Shown: one piece after another, positions 1 through 6,507 of the stretch
Layout: every line of letters starts with the position of its first letter
How positions within the stretch are numbered: the stretch's first letter is position 1
DNA from: a virus
Taxonomy: Duplodnaviria; Caudoviricetes
Length of the DNA: 24,759 nt
Strand: one strand, 5' to 3'
Virus record (IMG/VR): IMGVR_UViG_3300020045_014754
Span: 1 to 24,759 of that record
Notes under the pieces: model-generated
What the model was told of the DNA's origin: nothing
The model's input: only the letters and a program-made list of their open reading frames with translations
The model's database searches: none
Translations under genes and position numbers: made by a program

Positions 1-119
1 TCAACAACCAAAGAAACTGCTGCAACAGCCGGAACTGCAGTTAGTAATAATATTGGTTTTTTAAAAAAAAGCACCAACAAAGTAAATTTTGGCATAGCAA
101 AAGACAATAATTCGTTCAT
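1..119 (-). CDS. Partial hydrophobic membrane protein, possible holin (runs off window start)
   Basis: Manual translation from ATG at 119: MNELLSFAMPKFTLLVLFFKKPILLLTAVPAVAAVSLVV...; A-rich leader; lies in the lysis-module position. Confidence 0.5.
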   Translation of the reverse strand, partial: MNELLSFAMPKFTLLVLFFKKPILLLTAVPAVAAVSLVV

Positions 120-128
120 TTATTTTTG

Positions 129-169
129 TTTTAATCTCACATCAAATGAATGATGTGAGTTGATTAAAA
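129..169. other. Intergenic hairpin / inverted repeat
   Basis: CTCACATCA(136-144)-aatgaa-TGATGTGAG(151-159), extendable by ttttaat/attaaaa; no U-tract on the minus strand. Confidence 0.5.
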
Positions 170-331
170 TTAAGCTCCAGTCACATCATTATCTTTTGCT
201 ACAATAAGACCAAGTGCTACAGCAGTTGCTAAAATACTTGCGCCAGCTTCTACAGAAATCCATTCCAAAGCGATTGCTACAGCGACACCTCCTGTGATGA
301 TTCCCGCCAATGTTGTTTTCCAATTTTTCAT
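170..331 (-). CDS. Putative holin, 53 aa, two hydrophobic segments (not in ORF track)
   Basis: Manual translation MKNWKTTLAGIITGGVAVAIALEWISVEAGASILATAVALGLIVAKDNDVTGA; NWKTT..G start typical of small phage holin-like proteins; ATGA overlap with upstream ORF. Confidence 0.7.
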   Translation of the reverse strand: MKNWKTTLAGIITGGVAVAIALEWISVEAGASILATAVALGLIVAKDNDVTGA

Positions 332-585
332 CTAAATAAATTTTTAATTATTAATACGATTTTTTGCCAAAGACTTTTCTTTTTATCGGCTATCGGCTTT
401 GGCGGTTCGATAGGGATTTCATATTTTGGAACGCTCAAAACTACTTCTTTTTGCTTCATATCCGTTTGCATAATTGGGAATGTTTCTCCAACCGTGTAAT
501 TTTCGTGTCCAGAAGCAACTATACCGTTTTGACTAAAACAATAAGGCATCAATGACACCATCAATAGAACTAGTACTTTCTTCAT
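328..585 (-). CDS. Small exported protein with signal peptide and basic amphipathic C-terminus
   Basis: MKKVLVLLMVSLMPYCFS/Q signal-peptide-like start; C-terminal KKKSLWQKIVLIIKNLFR; stop coupled to the holin start. Confidence 0.7.
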   Translation of the reverse strand: MKKVLVLLMVSLMPYCFSQNGIVASGHENYTVGETFPIMQTDMKQKEVVLSVPKYEIPIEPPKPIADKKKSLWQKIVLIIKNLFR

Positions 586-652
586 CTTTTATTAGTATAT
601 AATTTCCGTTATGCACTTCCCAAGTTCTGCCGTGTTTATCTGTAAGTTTCAT
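533..652 (-). CDS. Possible 39-aa microprotein (MKLTDKHGRTWEV...)
   Basis: ATG at 652 overlaps the tail fibre stop (TAATG); however it overlaps the next ORF by 53 nt. Confidence 0.3.
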   Translation of the reverse strand: MKLTDKHGRTWEVHNGNYILIKDEESTSSIDGVIDALLF

Positions 653-1941
653 TAATGAGAAACCCAAGTTGTACCATTGTGAAAAACAGGACAAACAACA
701 TCCCCGCCACCCGTTAGCGTTCCTAGATAGGTTGGGGTTTGAGCATCTGTTACGTATGCCCAATTCCCTTGTTCTGCATTTGGGGACGTTGTTGGCAAAG
801 TATCTACAGTGTAAACAGGGAATTTAGAATAGCCTAACGTTCCCGTAAATCCACCTATAAAAGTACCCTGTATGTACTTGTCTGTGTTTTGAACAATATT
901 TCCGTCCCCATTTGTTGACCAAAGCGAAAGTTCATCTACATACCAAGTGTCTGTACCTACTTTAGTTAATTCGAACGAACTTTTTTGACGTATTAAATAA
1001 ACACCGCTTGCTATTCCAGTTGCTGTTACTCCTGGTGCAAAAGACAGCAAAGTATACCCTGGTTGTGTCAATCCGCAATTGATTCTTATTTTAGTCCCAA
1101 TTTGAAAAGGTACGCTAGCGTTTGCAGGAACGGTTATTGAAAAGTTTTGATTAAAAGAAATGTCAGTCGTCAACCTGTCGTTTGCATCTGATAGTTGCAA
1201 AGTGTAAGGACTTTGTCCCGAACTTAAAATAGTATCTGACCCGTAAATTGCATCAGCCACCGAAGCCGTGGAACTTTGAACGAAAAATGTGTTTGCAATT
1301 GTATTGTCGTTCGAACCTGCTGTTGCTGTTGGTGCTGTTGGTATTCCTGTGAATGTAGGAGAGTTGATATTAGCTTTCAATCCAATAGCAGTCAAAGCAT
1401 CACTTATCTGTTTTTGCAACTTTCCAAAAGCCACTAAAACAGAATCAGTAGAAACTATTTCACCACCCGTTACAAACGAAATTCCAGATAATACAGTTGC
1501 TAAAACACGGACGGTTGTGAAATATAAATTAGAAGATCCCTCTGGTAAGGCATCTGTATTTGTTGCGCCAGATCCTCCACTCCCATTATTTACCCATTCT
1601 TCTAATTCATCATCCCAAGAATAATTCACAACAACAGTTGAACCTACTTCGTTTACTTGTGCTGAATCTCCAGCTTCAGCTGTTGGATGTGCTGCAATTA
1701 AAGCCGCTTCAGTTAAATAAACGCCTTTAAAATGTTGATTGTAATCGACTGTATCTAGTTTGGTGGCTAATAAATCATCTGTTTCTGATTTTAAATAACG
1801 ATTGTTCAGTGCATCATTAATATCATCTAATTGAGATTCTGTGGCATAAGTAGTTTCGTCCAAACTCCCATCAGCTTTTAAAAACTGATTTGAATTCCCA
1901 CCCTCTACGATGTAGCCTTTTGTTGTTATTTTACCAGACAT
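652..1941 (-). CDS. Tail fibre protein (mosaic)
   Basis: Fibre motifs QFLKADGSLD, TDALPEGSSNLYFT, DSVLVAFGKLQ, SPTFTGIPTAPTATAGSNDNTIANTFFV (phage tail fibre repeat); position before lysis genes. Confidence 0.8.
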   Translation of the reverse strand: MSGKITTKGYIVEGGNSNQFLKADGSLDETTYATESQLDDINDALNNRYLKSETDDLLATKLDTVDYNQHFKGVYLTEAALIAAHPTAEAGDSAQVNEVGSTVVVNYSWDDELEEWVNNGSGGSGATNTDALPEGSSNLYFTTVRVLATVLSGISFVTGGEIVSTDSVLVAFGKLQKQISDALTAIGLKANINSPTFTGIPTAPTATAGSNDNTIANTFFVQSSTASVADAIYGSDTILSSGQSPYTLQLSDANDRLTTDISFNQNFSITVPANASVPFQIGTKIRINCGLTQPGYTLLSFAPGVTATGIASGVYLIRQKSSFELTKVGTDTWYVDELSLWSTNGDGNIVQNTDKYIQGTFIGGFTGTLGYSKFPVYTVDTLPTTSPNAEQGNWAYVTDAQTPTYLGTLTGGGDVVCPVFHNGTTWVSH

Positions 1942-1955
1942 AATGTTTTATTTTT

Positions 1956-2030
1956 TTAATCAAAATCATTTCGGTTTCCTGTTAAAAACGCATGGATTAG
2001 CATTGCGATTAATATGGTAATTGCTATCAT
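1956..2030 (-). CDS. Possible 24-aa hydrophobic peptide
   Basis: MIAITILIAMLIHAFLTGNRNDFD; ATG overlaps upstream stop (TAATG) and fills the intergenic gap. Confidence 0.4.
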   Translation of the reverse strand: MIAITILIAMLIHAFLTGNRNDFD

Positions 2031-4513
2031 TAGCTTAATTTTTGAATTGAAACATCGTGAATTAAAATAGGTTGTAAATGATTGTTAAAAGAAGAATCTA
2101 CTAAACTATTTCTTCCAAGTTCTATTTTAATTGACGTGTCAGAAGGGTCTAAATCAACTTCAAAATACAACTCTTGCCATCCTTGCCAAACTATACTTTT
2201 TCTGATGATGTTGTCGTTTATTTTTAGTTTCAAAATCCCATAATCAAAAGAGTAATTCACTTCATCTGATTGAGCGTCATTAATATATTCGCTATTTTCA
2301 ATACCAGTACCTACATATCTTGAAGTCGCAATTTTGTAGAAATTTTGAGCTACGACACGAATAGCTATTTTAGAACAGCCCGCAGGTACAGTGATTGTTT
2401 TAGTAGCTGTATCTCCATCAGCATTAAGCTGTAAATGTTTAACAGAAGCGTTATATGAAGTATAGTTTGCAATTTGACTTGGAAAAGACTTATATTCAGC
2501 CGTATTTGCAAGAGTGAAATCTTCATCTTCAAAAGAAGTATCAGGCATTAACTCTGTTCCAAATTTTCTATCAGAATAATTAAAATTTGAATTTACTTTT
2601 TTAACGCCATCGTAATTTTCAAGAATTGGATTATAAAGATTAAAAGCACCTGCTTTTTTAATTACAATTCGAACTTTATCATATAATTGAATCCCTACTT
2701 TGTCAACTAAAGAAACATTAACAACCCCATCAGCATAAGTAAACGAAACTTCTTCGTAAAAAGTTCTAGTTATATTTATTGCTAAACTAGAGTTATTAGT
2801 TCTTGCTAGATATACATTATCAGGCGAAACACTAGAATTAATTTTAAAATCAAATTTAGTGATATTTACAACGGGTAAAATCAACTCCACTAAAGCATAA
2901 TTATTAAATCCTACTGCTTCTTTATTCACTACTTTACAAGCTGCTCCTTGATAGTTTGATACAAAATTTATAGAAGAACCGCTTACATTATAAGCTGAAT
3001 TATCTCCATTATCTAGCTTTCCTGTGTTATCAATTAATGAACGTGAATTTGAAATAGCTGTGAAATATTTTAATCTATCCAAATTAGTATCATAAGTCAA
3101 ATCTGTTATTGTAGGACTTCCAGATTTGTAAGATGGTCTAATTCTGAACATTTTTACACTACTTTCAATCGGTATCTTTGAAATCATTTCAAAGTATTTG
3201 AAATAAGCAGCCATACATCGCCATCCACTGTGACCACCACCTCCGAAAGTAGCACCTTCAAACATAAATCCATTGTATGGATTAGTAGTTGGATAGAGCT
3301 TTCTCCACAACCTTGTTATTGCCAAGAATGGAATGTTATTTTCAGTCGCAAAAGCACTGTATCCATTTTGATAATCTTTACTTAAATTCGCATAATCTTC
3401 TTCACCAGCCAGTAATAATTTAGCTCCATAGGAATCTACAATTTCTTTGAAGTTTTTTAAGTTTATTTGTAAATCTTCCCCTGTAGGAGTTCCATTAGCG
3501 GTGTTATTAAGAAGTATATACTTCGGCTTCATTGCCCTTGGGACAATACTAGGTACATAAAAAGGATTAGTATTACTAATTAAAATTGCAGAGTTATCAT
3601 TTATACTAGAACCAGATACAGCCATATTAATAATATTAACATCAACCATATCGTTAATTCTTTCAGCCCAGCTTAATCCTGAAATAGTGTTATAGCCTTC
3701 TGTCAATGAAGACCCGAATAACATTAAATTAACAGGTTTATTAATAATTGGAGAAATAATTTCATCTACTACATCTGCTAATGGCAAAAACTCTGTGATT
3801 TCAACTTTCATATCTAACCCTAAAGTAGCTGGTTCACTGAATGTTGTAACAGAACCAATAACAGGAGTAGCAATTCCTCTAAAATCATAAAAAGTATAAG
3901 AACTTCTAACTCCTGATGAATATTTAAGATTACCAATATTATCGCCTTTTACACAATACCTATCGCCTACATTTAACCTTAATCCTAAACTTTCTACATC
4001 AATTATCGCAGCATTAACGGTAATATCTACCAATGATTTAATTCTCATTTGTCCGCTAAAAGGCTCTACAATTCCAAATTGAATGTTATAGGGTGTGCCA
4101 CTATAAGTTCTAAAATTCAATGTTTTAACTTTTCCAGAAACATTAGGAGAAGGTTCGATGCAAATTAAAAAATTAAAAAAGTTATCATAAGTTGCAGTAT
4201 TTTGTCCAGTAAAAAACGGCTTTTGAATAGCAACAGATTCATCAACGTAAGTTATATCTGCCTTTGAATCTAAACCTGTAATTTCCGTCAAACTAACAGA
4301 ATATTCCCCGTTAATTCTTCGCAGTGTTCCAAGGTTATTTTCAGGGATTACCATTCCACCCCAATTGGAATAAGTCCCTGCTCCAGCACCTATAGAATGG
4401 ATATTTCCAGTTGATGGCAAAGTACCATTAGGATTGCCAATTGGCGTACTACCTACTACTACATTTAGTAATTTTTCTTCAGTTTCGAATTTAGAATAAT
4501 ATGGAGTTGACAT
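2030..4513 (-). CDS. Tailspike/receptor-binding-like protein with SGNH/GDSL esterase domain
   Basis: SGNH-like blocks LMLFGSSLTEG, NMAVSGSS, LLNNTAN, GGHSG; beta-rich flanking domains; within the fibre block. Confidence 0.7.
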   Translation of the reverse strand: MSTPYYSKFETEEKLLNVVVGSTPIGNPNGTLPSTGNIHSIGAGAGTYSNWGGMVIPENNLGTLRRINGEYSVSLTEITGLDSKADITYVDESVAIQKPFFTGQNTATYDNFFNFLICIEPSPNVSGKVKTLNFRTYSGTPYNIQFGIVEPFSGQMRIKSLVDITVNAAIIDVESLGLRLNVGDRYCVKGDNIGNLKYSSGVRSSYTFYDFRGIATPVIGSVTTFSEPATLGLDMKVEITEFLPLADVVDEIISPIINKPVNLMLFGSSLTEGYNTISGLSWAERINDMVDVNIINMAVSGSSINDNSAILISNTNPFYVPSIVPRAMKPKYILLNNTANGTPTGEDLQINLKNFKEIVDSYGAKLLLAGEEDYANLSKDYQNGYSAFATENNIPFLAITRLWRKLYPTTNPYNGFMFEGATFGGGGHSGWRCMAAYFKYFEMISKIPIESSVKMFRIRPSYKSGSPTITDLTYDTNLDRLKYFTAISNSRSLIDNTGKLDNGDNSAYNVSGSSINFVSNYQGAACKVVNKEAVGFNNYALVELILPVVNITKFDFKINSSVSPDNVYLARTNNSSLAINITRTFYEEVSFTYADGVVNVSLVDKVGIQLYDKVRIVIKKAGAFNLYNPILENYDGVKKVNSNFNYSDRKFGTELMPDTSFEDEDFTLANTAEYKSFPSQIANYTSYNASVKHLQLNADGDTATKTITVPAGCSKIAIRVVAQNFYKIATSRYVGTGIENSEYINDAQSDEVNYSFDYGILKLKINDNIIRKSIVWQGWQELYFEVDLDPSDTSIKIELGRNSLVDSSFNNHLQPILIHDVSIQKLS

Positions 4514-4516
4514 AAT

Positions 4517-5704
4517 TTATATGTTATTAAAATGTTCATAGTTGAATTCTACAACATCCTCGTTATATAAGGTTTGTAGAATTTCTATTTGATTTGGTAA
4601 AATGATTGTGAATTGCGATGAATTGTATAATTTCAGTCCATTTACAAAAATGGAAACTAAATTTGTTGGAGTAAATGGAAGTGTGAAAATTGCAGAATCT
4701 CCAGTTAGCCAAGTGAATGAACTTGTAAAGTTGCTTATGTTTGAAGCTAAATATTTTTGCCCATCATCTTCATAATAAAACAAACTATCATCGAGTTCAA
4801 AATCAACATCCAATGAAGAATTTGATTCCCAACTTTTCCACGTTTGCGTGAGTGCTATTTTGTTGTAATTACTAAATGCTATTTGACCTCTATTTGGAAC
4901 AATCAATGGCTGTTCATTCAATAAGCGAAATCCGGCATGTCCAGTACTAACGGATGCAAAATGATTTAAAGTTATTGGACCGCCAGTTCTGTTTGATATA
5001 ATATATTCTTTTCCATTATAAGCATCGACAACGTTACTAAAATCAACACCATCTATCGTATTGAGATCAGTGTTGTATACTATCAGTAAACCTTGTTTAG
5101 ATGCTGGCGCAAGGATAAAAGCATTATTACCTGTAGTATCATAATCTGCCCACCCATCTTTTTCTATTTTTGAAATGAAATTATCGCCAATAATTGGAAT
5201 TGTTGGATTTCCAACAGATGTATCACTAACATTAATTTCTGTTACTAAAATAGTATTTAATGGAATATTGGGTCTAATTGCAATACCATCTGTTTCTAAT
5301 CCTTGAACTAAAACAATAGTATTTGAAGTATTTGCAACTAAAATATCAGTTCGTGTTAATCCAGAATCAGCTAATGGAATTTCAATAACTATATCGGCTA
5401 AATTTGAATAATAAATCTCGCTTATTTTCCATTGTGCATTGGCTGGAACTGTAATTTCATTACCATCTAATGTAATTTCTCCAATATCAATTATTTGATC
5501 ATAAGAAACTGCATTTATCGCATCTATAATTTTTTGAACCGATAAACTTTCAGATACTTGATTTCTTGAAACGTGTATTAAAGAATTAGGATCTAAAGTG
5601 TTTTGAGCTGGTAATTCAAAGATTCTTTTTGCATTTGTCGCAATCGCATTTAACGTTTCGGTTATTGCTGCTAATCTTTCCGTTACAAATGTTTGAAAGC
5701 TCAT
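4517..5704 (-). CDS. Tail fibre / baseplate adaptor-like structural protein
   Basis: N-terminal KRIFELP attachment-like motif; C-terminal FTLPFTP..SIFVNGLKL beta module seen in phage tail proteins; first gene after the repeated promoter. Confidence 0.6.
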   Translation of the reverse strand: MSFQTFVTERLAAITETLNAIATNAKRIFELPAQNTLDPNSLIHVSRNQVSESLSVQKIIDAINAVSYDQIIDIGEITLDGNEITVPANAQWKISEIYYSNLADIVIEIPLADSGLTRTDILVANTSNTIVLVQGLETDGIAIRPNIPLNTILVTEINVSDTSVGNPTIPIIGDNFISKIEKDGWADYDTTGNNAFILAPASKQGLLIVYNTDLNTIDGVDFSNVVDAYNGKEYIISNRTGGPITLNHFASVSTGHAGFRLLNEQPLIVPNRGQIAFSNYNKIALTQTWKSWESNSSLDVDFELDDSLFYYEDDGQKYLASNISNFTSSFTWLTGDSAIFTLPFTPTNLVSIFVNGLKLYNSSQFTIILPNQIEILQTLYNEDVVEFNYEHFNNI

Positions 5705-5724
5705 CTTTACTTGAATTTTGTTTT

Positions 5725-5755
5725 AACAAATGTAGAAAATATTTTCTTATTTATA
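5725..5755. repeat. 31-bp exact direct repeat, copy 1
   Basis: AACAAATGTAGAAAATATTTTCTTATTTATA identical to 21519-21549. Confidence 0.95.
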
Positions 5756-5769
5756 TTAATTATAAATAA
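5725..5769 (-). promoter_or_regulatory. Late-type promoter copy 1: TACATTTG (-7 element) plus 23-bp palindromic operator, Fur-box-like
   Basis: Minus-strand TACATTTG at 5734-5727, 22 nt before ATG 5704; palindrome TTATTTATA-ttaat-TATAAATAA at 5747-5769; repeated at 21519-21563. Confidence 0.8.
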
Positions 5770-5801
5770 CTAAAACCGAAAAACATACACCTGAATTTTT
5801 G

Positions 5802-5809
5802 TAATTTTG
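5802..5809 (+). promoter_or_regulatory. Bacteroidota -7 promoter element for the plus-strand cassette
   Basis: TAATTTTG matches TAnnTTTG and ends 4 nt before ATG 5814. Confidence 0.6.
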
Positions 5810-5813
5810 GAGC

Positions 5814-6029
5814 ATGTGGATATTTATAATTTTTATTTTTGTATTTTTCGTAGGTGGTGGCTGGCTGATAGGCAAACTATTAGGTAATTTGTTTTTTCCT
5901 GAAATGGACAAAAATAGAAATGTGTTTATCGACAGATCTGTTCATCATCATTACCATGAACATAAAAATATATCGATTATTGATGATGTGACTAAAAAAA
6001 GGATTTTTGAATTAAAAGATAAAAATTGA
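5814..6029 (+). CDS. Small membrane-anchored protein with His-rich motif (accessory gene)
   Basis: N-terminal hydrophobic helix, HHHYHEH motif, own promoter, opposite strand to the structural genes. Confidence 0.75.
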   Translation: MWIFIIFIFVFFVGGGWLIGKLLGNLFFPEMDKNRNVFIDRSVHHHYHEHKNISIIDDVTKKRIFELKDKN

Positions 6030-6292
6030 TGGAACATATATTAAGAGAAATACTAAAACAAGATCCTTCTTGCAGTATTGAAAGATATTTTGAAATTGTA
6101 GAGCATGAAAAACAATACGAATGTCTTTCTGAACACGAAAAAGACGTAATTAATAAAACTATATTGAGTATCGAAGATATAAAACATTATGAAACAATTC
6201 TATCAAGAAAACTTTCTAAAAGAGAATTAACTATTGCTGGATTATTACGAAATAATGGAGTTCTACTAACTGAAAATGATTTTAAAAGATAA
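6026..6292 (+). CDS. Hypothetical protein (accessory cassette); start may be ATG 6029
   Basis: Coupled to upstream stop (TGATG); fills region not coded on the minus strand. Confidence 0.7.
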   Translation: MMEHILREILKQDPSCSIERYFEIVEHEKQYECLSEHEKDVINKTILSIEDIKHYETILSRKLSKRELTIAGLLRNNGVLLTENDFKR

Positions 6293-6300
6293 GAATTAAG

Positions 6301-6477
6301 ATGAAAAAACAAGATCAGAATTGGTTCAATGATTATCAAAAAGTAGAATCTTTTTTGATAAATGAGTTAGGAGAAAAATATAAAGAAATTGATTTTTCTA
6401 AATGTATCGAAGCTTCTGATTCTACAATTATTATGATTCAAGAATTGATAAAGCAAAAAGCCACTAAAATTAATTAG
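6301..6477 (+). CDS. Hypothetical 58-aa protein (not in ORF track)
   Basis: Manual translation MKKQDQNWFNDYQKVESFLINELGEKYKEIDFSKCIEASDSTIIMIQELIKQKATKIN; ends within the terminator. Confidence 0.65.
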   Translation: MKKQDQNWFNDYQKVESFLINELGEKYKEIDFSKCIEASDSTIIMIQELIKQKATKIN

Positions 6478-6485
6478 TGGCTTTT
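6455..6485. terminator. Bidirectional intrinsic terminator
   Basis: AAAAGCCACTAA-aattaa-TTAGTGGCTTTT between convergent genes. Confidence 0.8.
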
Positions 6486-6507
6486 ATAATTATGGCAAAT
6501 TCGCTAA

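Noticed and set aside
533-763. 76-aa minus-strand ORF as given in the track
   Set aside because: Its 5' part overlaps the tail fibre out of frame; only the portion from ATG 652 is plausible
652-5704. Diversity-generating retroelement or invertible fibre cassette
   Set aside because: No reverse transcriptase, recombinase, template/variable repeat pair or inverted crossover sites seen in this window
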